Shown here piece after piece: positions 19,609-29,277 of a DNA stretch of 64,000 nt. The stretch lies in NCBI GenBank assembly GCA_964396445.1, contig CAYNFI010000001.1, positions 30,971 to 94,970 of the forward strand, written 5' to 3'. Both the position numbers and the translations under genes were made by a program. The stretch is from an uncultured Candidatus Bathyarchaeia archaeon (GTDB lineage Archaea; Thermoproteota; CALKCG01; B24; JAWCPE01). Position 1 is the stretch's first letter. Every line of letters starts with the position of its first letter. The notes under the pieces were generated by a model. That model did not search any database. It worked only from the letters and a program-made list of their open reading frames with translations, and was not told the DNA's origin.

Positions 19609-19974
19609 CTATTTTTCAACGAGTTTTTCCAGAATCGTTAGGAGAAGGTCCTTTAAGGCGTCCTCAGGGTTTTCAAACTTTTTACCAACAACTTCCACGC
19701 ATTCGTCTAAGGAGATGCGGTTTCCAAGCCAAGCATAGGCGATGAGGGCTTCAGCCGAGTTCCCTATAAAACGTCTATCAATCTTCCCAGGTAGAAAAGC
19801 CCTCAACCCAGCCCTCCTCATGGCTTCAGCTAAAACCCTGTTACTCACCTTAACCCCTGCAGGTACCCCTTTCCTCCGCGTTACCGCAAGGGAGTATATG
19901 AGATTCACTAGCACATCACCGAAGCTTGCAAGATTTCTATCTAGGAAAATCCGTGGTAAGGTATCATCTTTCAT
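19609..19974 (-). CDS. RNase III-domain protein (Mini-III-like, no dsRBD)
   Basis: DRNLASFGDVLVNLIYSLAV, VSNRVLAEAMRRAGLRAFL and FIGNSAEALIAYAWL align with the RNase III segments ERLEFLGDSILSYVIANAL, VRGNTLAELAREFELGECL and ILADTVEALIGGVFL; 121 aa. Confidence 0.6.
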   Translation of the reverse strand: MKDDTLPRIFLDRNLASFGDVLVNLIYSLAVTRRKGVPAGVKVSNRVLAEAMRRAGLRAFLPGKIDRRFIGNSAEALIAYAWLGNRISLDECVEVVGKKFENPEDALKDLLLTILEKLVEK

Positions 19975-20021
19975 ACGTGGAAGAAACCCTTCCTGACGTC
20001 AACCAGTTAGTTTTAGTTCCC

Positions 20022-20312
20022 CTACTTACGCGGTTCCTCATATGCTTTCTCGAAAAGTTCCCTGAACTCCCTAACATCCTTTACAACCCTTTCGGCTGCC
20101 TTGAATAAGGCTTCCTCAGGTTTTTCTCCACCCTTCGTCCTTACGTAGAATATGGCTGTGAGGACCAAAGGATGGGGGATCGTGTAACCCGCGAAGTCTA
20201 CTCCCTCGTCTCTGAGGAGGGCTTCTTGTAGGGCGTTACAGAAGGTGTGGCCCTCCCCCTCAACCTCGATCCTCAGCTCATTCTCCGCCTTTTTCAAAAC
20301 CTTCAGCTTCAC
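20022..20312 (-). CDS. rpoL: DNA-directed RNA polymerase subunit L (Rpo11)
   Basis: MKLKVLKKAENELRIEVEGEGHTFCNALQEALLRDEGVDFAGYTIPHPLV... matches the Rpb11/RpoL family; 96 aa. Confidence 0.88.
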   Translation of the reverse strand: MKLKVLKKAENELRIEVEGEGHTFCNALQEALLRDEGVDFAGYTIPHPLVLTAIFYVRTKGGEKPEEALFKAAERVVKDVREFRELFEKAYEEPRK

Positions 20313-20358
20313 GTTCTAACCTCCATAACAAGCTTTCTATTAATAACCCGACTTCACC

Positions 20359-20919
20359 CTAATCCTGAGCGATTTTCCTCTTCTCAAGGTTGCCGCAGCT
20401 TTGACACCTTAGGATACCCTTGTCCCTCATTAATTGCATCCCGCAGATTGAACAATAGGCTTGGAGGACGCCAAGGTTTCTTTCCATGGTAGAAAGATGG
20501 TATGTCATGTTCTTTAAGCTACTTACCCTCGCCCTTATCACGTCCCGTGGCTTATATGCCTCGTTAACCCTTCTCACGTATCGTAAACCTACCGTTAAGA
20601 GGTGGACAACTCCTTCGAATGGAGCGTTTAAAGGTTTATCATCGATCTTAACGATCTCAACGAAAGCTGCTTTATCCTGGGAAGTAACAACGTATGCGGT
20701 AACTACATCCCCAACTTTAGGAAGACAAGGCTTATCGTCGATCGGTTGAACATTGATGGTTCTATCCCTTGAATCCACGCGGGTTAATCCAACCCTCTCG
20801 GAATATATGGAGCCGTCGACCTCGTACACGCCTTCACCAACCGAGAATTCTTCAACTACACCAAGCCTTTCACCAGGAACCACCAGCTGCCCCACCCGCG
20901 TCTTCCCAGCCAAGCCCAT
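20359..20919 (-). CDS. csl4: Exosome complex RNA-binding subunit Csl4
   Basis: N-terminal domain, then an S1 domain, then a C-terminal zinc ribbon CSICG...CQSCG; 186 aa. Confidence 0.8.
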   Translation of the reverse strand: MGLAGKTRVGQLVVPGERLGVVEEFSVGEGVYEVDGSIYSERVGLTRVDSRDRTINVQPIDDKPCLPKVGDVVTAYVVTSQDKAAFVEIVKIDDKPLNAPFEGVVHLLTVGLRYVRRVNEAYKPRDVIRARVSSLKNMTYHLSTMERNLGVLQAYCSICGMQLMRDKGILRCQSCGNLEKRKIAQD

Positions 20920-21114
20920 GGGAACCCATCTCTTTCAAGCCGTCTATTATCTGCAAAGCCACATTTAAACCCTACAGGTACAACCACTGCAATCATGGTC
21001 GTAGATCTGATTGGTAATGTTCGGCTCTAACCTAACCCCTAAGTAAAGCGGGTAGATGTAGTGGTAACGTTTAATACAAAACACGTTTAACCTTTGTAAC
21101 AGAGGAGTATCAAC

Positions 21115-22368
21115 TTGGTTAAGTTAGCTATAAACGGTGGGGAACCTACTATAAAAAACCAGTTAGGTAAACCCTGGCCTATCTTTGATGAAAAAGATGA
21201 GAAGACTCTGTTGGAAGTTTTAAGAAGCGGGAAGTGGTGGCGTGGGGCCTATGAAAAACCCTCCGATTCCAAGGTTGGGCAGTTTGAAGACGCTTTCGCA
21301 GCTTATCAACACGCAAAATACGGTATAGCAGTGTCAAACGGGACGCAGGCTTTAGAATGTGCTCTTAAGGCTGCTAGTGTAAGTCCGGGGGACGAGGTTA
21401 TCGTCCCCGCCCTCACGTTTGTGGCTACGGCAACCGCAGTTGCCTTAGTAAACGCGGTTCCTGTGTTTGCCGACATCGACCCGGCGAGCTACAACATCAG
21501 CCCGGACGCCGTTGAGGCAGCCATAACGGATAAGACGAAGGCAGTCATCCCAGTGCATAATGGAGGTTATCCATGCGACATGGATAGGATCATGGAGGTT
21601 ACCTCTAAGCACGACCTAATCGTTGTAGAGGATTGTGCCCACGCCCACGGCTCTGAGTGGAGGGGACGGCGTGTAGGCTCCATAGGGCATTTCGGAGCCT
21701 TCAGCTTCCAGATGGGGAAAACGCTAACCTGCGGGGAAGGCGGAATCGTTTTAACGAACGCTCAAGATTTAGCTGAGAAGGCTTACTCCTTCATGCACAT
21801 CGGGCGTATCTCTGGGCGACCTTTCTACGAGTTCCACCGCATCGCCTCAAACCTACGCATGACAGAGTTTCAGGCAGCCATCCTCTTAACCCAGCTTTCA
21901 AGGCTTGATGAGCAGGTTGAAACCCGTGAACGGAACACGGCTTACCTCGTTAAAGGACTTAAGGAGGTTGAAGGCGTTGAACCAATTAACCGCGACCCAA
22001 GGGTTACCCGATGGTGCTTTTACTACTGGAACTTCAAGTACCATGAAGAGAGCTTCGATGGAGTACCCAGAGATAGGTTCATCGAAGCCCTGAAGGCTGA
22101 AGGTGTTCCCTGCGGTGTCGGAGCTCATGGGCAGCCGATCTACCGTAACCCCCTATTCGAAAGGACAGATTGGAGCAAATGTCCCTTCCACCGTGAGGAC
22201 CTAGACTATCGAAAGGTCTACTGCCCGGAGGCTGAAAGGATCTACCAACATGAAGCTTGCAGCTTCCCTCATAAAATCTTCCTTGGCGACTTCGATGATA
22301 TGAACCTCATCATTGAAGCCATCAAGAAGATCCGAGCGCATACGGATGAGTTAAAGCAAGCCACGTAG
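21115..22368 (+). CDS. DegT/DnrJ/EryC1/StrS-family PLP-dependent sugar aminotransferase
   Basis: TTG start; family pattern ...VIVPALTFVATA...; Lys-containing PLP region FSFQMGKTLTCGEGG; 417 aa. Confidence 0.85.
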   Translation: MVKLAINGGEPTIKNQLGKPWPIFDEKDEKTLLEVLRSGKWWRGAYEKPSDSKVGQFEDAFAAYQHAKYGIAVSNGTQALECALKAASVSPGDEVIVPALTFVATATAVALVNAVPVFADIDPASYNISPDAVEAAITDKTKAVIPVHNGGYPCDMDRIMEVTSKHDLIVVEDCAHAHGSEWRGRRVGSIGHFGAFSFQMGKTLTCGEGGIVLTNAQDLAEKAYSFMHIGRISGRPFYEFHRIASNLRMTEFQAAILLTQLSRLDEQVETRERNTAYLVKGLKEVEGVEPINRDPRVTRWCFYYWNFKYHEESFDGVPRDRFIEALKAEGVPCGVGAHGQPIYRNPLFERTDWSKCPFHREDLDYRKVYCPEAERIYQHEACSFPHKIFLGDFDDMNLIIEAIKKIRAHTDELKQAT

Positions 22369-22396
22369 ACATAATAAGTAGAGAGTGTGACGACGG

Positions 22397-22978
22397 TTGC
22401 TGAGGGAGGAAATCTACTACTTCGAGGAACCCGGTCCTGAGAACACGGATCAATGCATCGAGTTGGCTAAGAAGAGGGTTACAGAGCTTGGTTTAAGGCA
22501 TGTGGTTGTAGCCACAAGCACTGGAGAAACAGCCTTGAAAGTCAGGCGTGTCTTTGAAGGGATGAACACCAATATTGTGGCTGTAACTTTACATGCGGGG
22601 AGGTGGCTAGACTATGGACCACCCGACCACGCAAAGCTCGAAGAGCTTAGGAAAAGCCGCGTTCAAGTTCTCACAGGCACCCACGCCCTCATGGGAAGCG
22701 TGGATACAGCCATAAAGAAAAACTTCGGGGGGCTCCCTCCGACCGAAATCATCGCTCGAACACTATACTTCTTCGGCCAAGGGATGAAGGTCTGCGTGGA
22801 AATAACCCTCATGGCCGCTGACGCTGGATTAATCCCTCTCTTTGAGGAAGTCTTAGCCATTGCTGGGACAGATGTAGGCGCTGACACCGCCGTTGTGTTA
22901 AAATCAACTCCAACCGATAAGGTCTTCGAGCTGGAAGTCAGAGAAATCACTTGCATGCCACGCATCAAGAAAATGTAG
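22397..22978 (+). CDS. Stand-alone protein resembling the pyruvate kinase C-terminal alpha/beta domain (PK_C)
   Basis: TTG start; 193 aa; similarity is judged from memory of PK_C stand-alone archaeal proteins. Confidence 0.45.
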   Translation: MLREEIYYFEEPGPENTDQCIELAKKRVTELGLRHVVVATSTGETALKVRRVFEGMNTNIVAVTLHAGRWLDYGPPDHAKLEELRKSRVQVLTGTHALMGSVDTAIKKNFGGLPPTEIIARTLYFFGQGMKVCVEITLMAADAGLIPLFEEVLAIAGTDVGADTAVVLKSTPTDKVFELEVREITCMPRIKKM

Positions 22979-23168
22979 GGGAAAGCACCTCTTCCTTTCC
23001 GCTTGGTCTTCGAGCTCCAATCAATTGATTCTATCCTGTGAAGAGATGGTTGATAGGCTGAATTCGCAGGAGGCTTTGAAGGTTTTGGTTATGTTGAAGG
23101 TTGGTGAGAAGGGAGATCATTACAGCATCAGTTTAAACGCTTTACCATAAAAAGACTTATATTTTAAC

Positions 23169-25928
23169 GTGGAGAAACCTCGAAAGGTGTTTCGGATGGA
23201 TGAAGTCGATCTCTGGAGTTTAAAGGAGGCCATTGAGAGGGAAGTTGAAAGAGCTAGGATGCAGGGATACTTCCCCTTAGATGTTGGAGACGCTTTGAAA
23301 AAAGCCACGGGTCTTCTCATAAAGTACAGGGGTACAAAGAGTTGGGAAAGAGGGTATTGGGGTAGGGCTCAAAACTATGATCTGGGATTCGATGTAGAAA
23401 GAGAAGGGCTTCTACTCCAAGCTAGGGAGGCCCTCCTCAGGGCGAAAGGAGCCGTTATCGCACTTAAACTCCCAACATGGGCTAAGGAGCTTCGCTATTA
23501 CTACACGGATGTCCAGTGGGGCGCGGAAGCTGCGGGATCTCTAGACCCCCGTAGAGGAGTGGTTTTCATGTCTGGGAGGGAATGGGCTCTCAAGGGTTTC
23601 CCTGAAACCCAGGAAGGTCTATGGTATAGGTGTAACTGCCGGCCTACTGTGGATGGTGTAAGGATGATCGAAGGTTTTCACGGCGAAGGCAAGCGGGTTG
23701 GAACATACCTGAGCGGAGGTATGATGGCCGTCACCTACGCCTTGCTACCTGACTCTGAGGAGGATTGGACAGATGACTTCATGAGGGAGTACGCAGGTCA
23801 CTACTGGCATGGTAAAATGGAGCGTTACTGGGGTGCTAGAGGGCCCTCATCAGATTGGCAGGATAGGCTCATACCCGACATGAGTTTCTCAAGGTGGATG
23901 ATGCGCCAGCTTGAGTTCGCCCAGAGGGTGGGCTTTGACTTCATCCACCTTGACGAGGCCTTCGGAAGATATCCCGACGCCCATATGCTTTCGGAAAGGA
24001 ATCCAAACTTCGTAGTCTGCCCCAACAACCTCGCACGCATGTACGTGGATGAGGAGGGTTGGCGCTTCGGTTGGACGGCTATGGGTGAGTCTCTAGGTCA
24101 GCCCTCCAGATGGGATGAGTTCTACAGCAGGATGAGGCGGCGGAGTTTGGAAGCCCGCAACATAACTTGGTGGGGGTGGCACGCATACACTCCCTTTGAG
24201 GAGGCTTACCAGAACCTCTCATACGCCACAACGCTGGCGAATAAAGGCACCGATGTCAGCCACAGCAACCCCTCAGACGAGTACATAGAGTTCTCTAGGA
24301 GGCTTAGCGACTACATATACAGCCCATACGTCGATGTCTACGTTTCACAGGATGTTGTCAAGTCGGTCGAAGCCCCTGAACACCTAAGGACCATAGTGAA
24401 CCGAAGGGTTTTAGCCAGCGGGAAAGAGGAGCTTATCATACATCTCCTCAATACAAAACCCGATGTTCAATCAATAAAACAAGTGATGCTGGAGGTAGAC
24501 CTATCAGGCTTCAAAGTGAAGTGGCCTCCTACAATTACTTTCGCCGCCCCAAAATTCGATGCGAAGGTTCTGGAGGTTGAGGTTGAAGGTCGTAGGATCA
24601 GGTTTGAGACTCCAGAGATCACGGTTTGGGGAATCATTGTAATCGGTGAATCCCTCTACCCACGCGTTGAGCTCCGCTTCAAGTCAAGGTCCAATGTTCC
24701 AGTATCCCACCCCTTGGATTACGGCTTCGTTCCCGGTGAGGAAATCGAGGTTGAAGCCAAGGTTGATGAGATAGTTACAGCCGAGTACTCAATGGACTTG
24801 CACCTGCCAGAGGGCTGGGAGTACAGAGAAGTCAACGTTAACGATGTGGAAAACCTACGTCTTTTCAAGGTTATACCCCTCTTCGCTGATAAGGATAAGG
24901 GGTACGCTGTCACACCGATTCTTAGGCAGTTTGGGGAGGCTATGCCCTCTTGGCCAGTTATCCTCCAAGCCAAGGATAAGATATGTTTTAAGCTTATCCC
25001 TCCCATGGCTGAGTCACCCGACATCAGAGCAGATTACGGGTTGGAAGTTAAGAACTACAGTAAAGCCGGAGCTGTCAAGTTCACGCTCAAGCCTCCAGAA
25101 GGCTGGAAGATGGGTAGGACGGAGTTCGAGATGGATATGGAAGCTGGAGAGACGAGGAGTGAAACCATCTCCATGGTTTCGCCAGACTATCATATAAGGT
25201 TCTGGGATCAGTTAGACGTTGACATTCCAATAGATTGGACATTCCAAGGCTTTAAGGGATCCAGCAACCTACGGGTCCGAGTCTTTCCAACCCGCTTCCA
25301 CGTACACTCCAGAGGTGTGGATACGATGATTATGCACTCCTATCCGAACCTCTACTTCATAGATGACTTAGAGGAGGCTAAGTCAAGCCTCAAGAGAGGC
25401 GAATACGTGACCCTATGGCTTGTCAATCAGGACCCTGAAAAGCATGGCCCAGTGGTAGATGAGTTCGTGTCTATGGGAGGAGGCGTGGTATGGATGGGGC
25501 AGCCATTCCTAGGGGAGAACTGCCCGGTAACCCTAGATGAAATGGGCCTCGAATCTAAGACTATACGCTACTTAATGTTTCCAAATGAGCCTGAAGACCG
25601 GCTTTTAACTCCGGCTAAGAGGAAACGAACTGTATACGAGTCTGAGAAGGGCTTTAAGACTTTCAGAGTTAAGGTGAAGGATTGGGGTAAAGCCCTCGCC
25701 GTTTGGGGAAAGCCATCGGAAGGAGCCGCCATCGGGATTGAAGGGACACCAGCCCTCGTCGTTTCTAAGGACCCTAATAGGAGGGTTGTTTACATAGGCT
25801 CAGACCTTGAGGTAGAATCTGAGGAAGCCTACAGATTTGAGGACAGGAACCACCATGAAAGCCACTGGTACCAAACCTACATCTTCTACAGCCTACTGAA
25901 TTGGGCGTCCGGAGCCTATAACCTGTAA
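23169..25928 (+). CDS. Large uncharacterized cytoplasmic protein (919 aa), possibly a glycoside-hydrolase-like TIM barrel plus C-terminal beta-sandwich domains
   Basis: Long uninterrupted ORF with ordinary codon usage; no signal peptide; segments ...RVGFDFIHLDEAFG... and Trp-rich blocks suggest a carbohydrate-active barrel; no family was recognised. Confidence 0.6.
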   Translation: MEKPRKVFRMDEVDLWSLKEAIEREVERARMQGYFPLDVGDALKKATGLLIKYRGTKSWERGYWGRAQNYDLGFDVEREGLLLQAREALLRAKGAVIALKLPTWAKELRYYYTDVQWGAEAAGSLDPRRGVVFMSGREWALKGFPETQEGLWYRCNCRPTVDGVRMIEGFHGEGKRVGTYLSGGMMAVTYALLPDSEEDWTDDFMREYAGHYWHGKMERYWGARGPSSDWQDRLIPDMSFSRWMMRQLEFAQRVGFDFIHLDEAFGRYPDAHMLSERNPNFVVCPNNLARMYVDEEGWRFGWTAMGESLGQPSRWDEFYSRMRRRSLEARNITWWGWHAYTPFEEAYQNLSYATTLANKGTDVSHSNPSDEYIEFSRRLSDYIYSPYVDVYVSQDVVKSVEAPEHLRTIVNRRVLASGKEELIIHLLNTKPDVQSIKQVMLEVDLSGFKVKWPPTITFAAPKFDAKVLEVEVEGRRIRFETPEITVWGIIVIGESLYPRVELRFKSRSNVPVSHPLDYGFVPGEEIEVEAKVDEIVTAEYSMDLHLPEGWEYREVNVNDVENLRLFKVIPLFADKDKGYAVTPILRQFGEAMPSWPVILQAKDKICFKLIPPMAESPDIRADYGLEVKNYSKAGAVKFTLKPPEGWKMGRTEFEMDMEAGETRSETISMVSPDYHIRFWDQLDVDIPIDWTFQGFKGSSNLRVRVFPTRFHVHSRGVDTMIMHSYPNLYFIDDLEEAKSSLKRGEYVTLWLVNQDPEKHGPVVDEFVSMGGGVVWMGQPFLGENCPVTLDEMGLESKTIRYLMFPNEPEDRLLTPAKRKRTVYESEKGFKTFRVKVKDWGKALAVWGKPSEGAAIGIEGTPALVVSKDPNRRVVYIGSDLEVESEEAYRFEDRNHHESHWYQTYIFYSLLNWASGAYNL

Positions 25929-26005
25929 ACATTTTCTAGAAGGAAATTCACAGCTCTATTGAAGGAAGGGAACTCCCGATAGTGCGCTTTACCTGATTTT
26001 TTAAC

Positions 26006-26434
26006 TTATCTCTGACGCGGTATGGGCGCGCGCAGGGGCTGCGCCTCGACAATAGATCGAATATCCGCTGGGATTTCCTCATACGGCACGAGAATCCTCT
26101 CCTCGCCTGGGGGGTCGTAGCCTAACATGATTACCTTGAAGTCCCTGCTACCCACATCGATCTCCATGTGCTTCTCACCCGGTTTGATCAATAGGAGGTC
26201 ATGGGGTTTTACGATGTGAACCTCGTTTTCAACGAGGATCCGCATCTCTCCGGTGATACCGATGATCACATACTCTCTTTTAGTGTGATAGTGGTAAGGA
26301 GAGACTTTATTAAGGGAGCCATCAGGTGAACACTTCACCTCGTATACAGACCCCCAGAGCAACTTAGCACCCTGCCCCTTCAGGTCAAACGCTTCCTCCC
26401 CCATGTTGAAGTGGGTCACCAATAACATCACCAA
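26006..26434 (-). CDS. Cupin-domain protein
   Basis: 142 aa with a cupin-like beta-barrel core (...GEKHMEIDVGSRDFKVIMLGY...). Confidence 0.55.
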   Translation of the reverse strand: MVMLLVTHFNMGEEAFDLKGQGAKLLWGSVYEVKCSPDGSLNKVSPYHYHTKREYVIIGITGEMRILVENEVHIVKPHDLLLIKPGEKHMEIDVGSRDFKVIMLGYDPPGEERILVPYEEIPADIRSIVEAQPLRAPIPRQR

Positions 26435-26547
26435 CCTGCAGCAGTCTAACGTAGAGATTACAGCGTTTAAAAGTTTTAAATCTATTAGTGTCCCATGGCT
26501 TCCACGATAAATATTTTTAAGGGGAAACGCTGCGAACTGGAGGAGCC

Positions 26548-27546
26548 TTAATAGAAAAGGGGCATAACCTTCTCAGCGAACAGTTTTATGCCTTCCTCTG
26601 AGGGATAATCGAGGAACCAAACGGTGAAAAGGTTTATGCCAATGTCCACGTACCGCCCGATCCTCTCAACAACCTCTTCAGGTGTCCCATAGAGGTTAGT
26701 GGCTTTAAAAGCCTCTAACGCTCTATCTTCACCCCAGGTTTTGAATACGTAGTTAGAGTTTAGGGTTTCAACCCTTCGGAGAATCGCCTTCAAACCATAA
26801 TGATCCTTCGCGATGAGAACGTGACCATCCCAAGATTTAGCGATTTCATCGAACTGTCTACTTGTTTTACGGCAATGCATGCGCAATGCCTCCATTTTTC
26901 TCACCATGGTCTCAACAGAGCCTCCCCAGTTCCAGCCGTTCGCGTACTTTGCCACTGCTTTCAAGAGAAGTTTTTCGCCGCCTCCCCCTATCCATATTGG
27001 TGGGTGGGGTTTCTGGAGGGGTTTAGGCTCGCAGAGGGCTTCCCGCACCTCGTAAAACCTACCTTTGAAGCTGGGCTTCTCCTCAGTCCACATACGCTTG
27101 ATAATCTCTAATCCCTCTTCCATCATGTGGATCCTCTGCGCTGCTGATTCCACAACGGGAAGCCCGTAGGACACGTTTTCCTTTATGTAGCCAGCTCCAT
27201 ACCCGAACTCTAATCTCCCCCCCGATACAACGTCGAATGTGGCAGACATCTTCGCAAGCATAGCGGGATACCTGAAGGTGTTGCAGAGCACGAGGGTTCC
27301 AAGCCTAATCTTTTCAGTAGCGGAAGCTAAAGCTGAAAGCACGGTCCAACATTCAAGGATCTCCTTATTCACACCTGAGATCACATGGTCGCAGAGCCAA
27401 ACAGAGTCGAAGCCAAGCCTCTCGCAGAGCAGAACGGTTTCCTTTAAACTGGGATAGTCGATTTTTTCCCAGCAGGGAACATCGGAATGTGTGTTATAGG
27501 CACCAGCGAAGGTCGGCGCAGCCCATCCAAACCTGACCTTAACCAA
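26548..27546 (-). CDS. Luciferase-like monooxygenase (LLM) family, probably an F420-dependent oxidoreductase
   Basis: 332 aa TIM barrel whose N-terminus, from memory, matches the LLM family (...DHVISGVNKEILECWTVLSALA...). Confidence 0.7.
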   Translation of the reverse strand: MVKVRFGWAAPTFAGAYNTHSDVPCWEKIDYPSLKETVLLCERLGFDSVWLCDHVISGVNKEILECWTVLSALASATEKIRLGTLVLCNTFRYPAMLAKMSATFDVVSGGRLEFGYGAGYIKENVSYGLPVVESAAQRIHMMEEGLEIIKRMWTEEKPSFKGRFYEVREALCEPKPLQKPHPPIWIGGGGEKLLLKAVAKYANGWNWGGSVETMVRKMEALRMHCRKTSRQFDEIAKSWDGHVLIAKDHYGLKAILRRVETLNSNYVFKTWGEDRALEAFKATNLYGTPEEVVERIGRYVDIGINLFTVWFLDYPSEEGIKLFAEKVMPLFY

Positions 27547-27663
27547 ACCCTATCCCCGCCGTTTTACTGTTAAATAAGCTACCAGTTAAATGTAGTTAAA
27601 GCTGTTAGGTACAGCAGAGTTATAGCATAGGAACGGGATTCCGTAAAACTGATAAACGTGAAA

Positions 27664-28914
27664 TCATGTTTTTCCCGGAACTTTGAAGTGTACCTCCACT
27701 TGCTCAACACTGCAGGGATATACCCAGTCTTTCCCTTCCTTATACGCGTTCCGGACGAGCCGTCTTCCCTCCTTAAGGAGTACAGCCCAAACACCTAAGG
27801 TGACAATGCAGAGACCTGGCGGCAGGGAGTCATGGTGTTGACACATGGCTCCTCCGGGAGCATGTCCCGTCAGCATCTTCCATACAACCTCTAAGGAGAG
27901 GTTTCCCTTCGCCTCACTCACAGTACGTTGCATCCAATCGTAGCGTTTCCGGTAGTACTTAAAGCGAGGAGATGCGGTGTCGCAGAGCTTTTTCAGGTCT
28001 TCATTCTCGCATCCAGCGTAGGTTGAAAAGCCTACTCCAGCGTCATCTAAATCCCTTACAGCCATTTTTCTACGGGATTTTTCAACAACCCTGGCGTTTC
28101 CATGGACATCATAGACAACGGCGTTGCATGGACCCCAGAAGAGCCTATACCTTTGCAGCATCTCCACGGCTTCCTCAACTGTGGCGCAGTAGCGGAGAAT
28201 CAGCTCGCCAACGTCGACGGGGAATATCTCTGGAGAGGGTTCTTCGTACTCGTAGAAGGCTCCTCCGCCTGTTACGAAGCCTGCGAACCCCTTCTCGTTA
28301 ATCCCGCTTACACGGCTGTAACCTTTACCTCTGTATCTGATGAGGGTAGGCTTCTCTTCCACCACCTTTTTAGAGGGTGGAGTGAAGGCTTCATCCTCAT
28401 ACCATCCCGGCCAATCATCCCAGCCGCGTCCAAATATCGGACCATCCTCTGTGCGCGTGAAGATAATCTCCGTGCAGGCTTCAACACCCTCAGATGGAGG
28501 TCGATTGACCTGAGCGTAGTACATGATTTCCTTCCAATACTTCTCCAAGAGTACTTCCTTAAGTTCGATGCCCGCGGCTTCAGCGTAGCCTTTCACGTAC
28601 CCGTCGATGTACTCATCCATTCCCTCAAGTTCAGGGTAGGTCTTGAGGTTCGGGAGCGTAGCCATCTTCTTTTGATGAAGCTTCTCAGCGTACCGTAAAG
28701 CGGCATCCCTCGTCCAGCTTCCAAGTTTTCCAAGAACTTCCTCGAGTGTTACCTTTCTCCGCTTTTCAATGGGCCAACAGGCATAGCTGTAACTCGTCCA
28801 CCCCGCCCAATAAACGGGGTCCGTTAACCTCCCCCTTTTCCACCTGCCCTTTACCTCTAAGCCAGCTTTAAAACCATCTTCATAACCGGAAGACGTAATC
28901 TCTACGACCTTCAA
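27664..28914 (-). CDS. Hypothetical protein (416 aa); possibly an Ntn-hydrolase-like protein resembling the C45 family / acyl-CoA:6-APA acyltransferase
   Basis: Clean long ORF; weak resemblance only. Confidence 0.5.
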   Translation of the reverse strand: MKVVEITSSGYEDGFKAGLEVKGRWKRGRLTDPVYWAGWTSYSYACWPIEKRRKVTLEEVLGKLGSWTRDAALRYAEKLHQKKMATLPNLKTYPELEGMDEYIDGYVKGYAEAAGIELKEVLLEKYWKEIMYYAQVNRPPSEGVEACTEIIFTRTEDGPIFGRGWDDWPGWYEDEAFTPPSKKVVEEKPTLIRYRGKGYSRVSGINEKGFAGFVTGGGAFYEYEEPSPEIFPVDVGELILRYCATVEEAVEMLQRYRLFWGPCNAVVYDVHGNARVVEKSRRKMAVRDLDDAGVGFSTYAGCENEDLKKLCDTASPRFKYYRKRYDWMQRTVSEAKGNLSLEVVWKMLTGHAPGGAMCQHHDSLPPGLCIVTLGVWAVLLKEGRRLVRNAYKEGKDWVYPCSVEQVEVHFKVPGKT

Positions 28915-29277
28915 CCTCGAACACGGTCGATCATAGTTCCTAATACTTCATAAAAGCTTTTCAGTGCTCAACTGGAATAGGGAACTTAGAGTCTAAGGTA
29001 TGGAACAGTTGAAAAAAGGAAGGGGATAGCCTAAAGCCCTCTATGACTTCGACTTCGAAACCTACGGTAACGCGGCTACTACTACGCGATTATACTCTTT
29101 AACCCCCTCTACTCGTTCATAAAGAATTGGGTAGCCATACCAGATACCTGTCACGGTAAAGCTCGATTTCCTCAAAAGGAATCCACTGGAAGCTTACCTT
29201 CCCGCTAAAAGGCGCGTATGGTTTCACGGGCTACGGTCAGGGAGACGAAGGAATGTCCCTTCGTTCCTTTGCTATTA

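Noticed and set aside
29225-29265. Hairpin gacgaagg-aatgtc-ccttcgt downstream of the methyltransferase gene
   Set aside because: It is not followed by an oligo-T tract on the relevant strand. Archaeal termination relies mainly on T-tracts, so I did not call a terminator.
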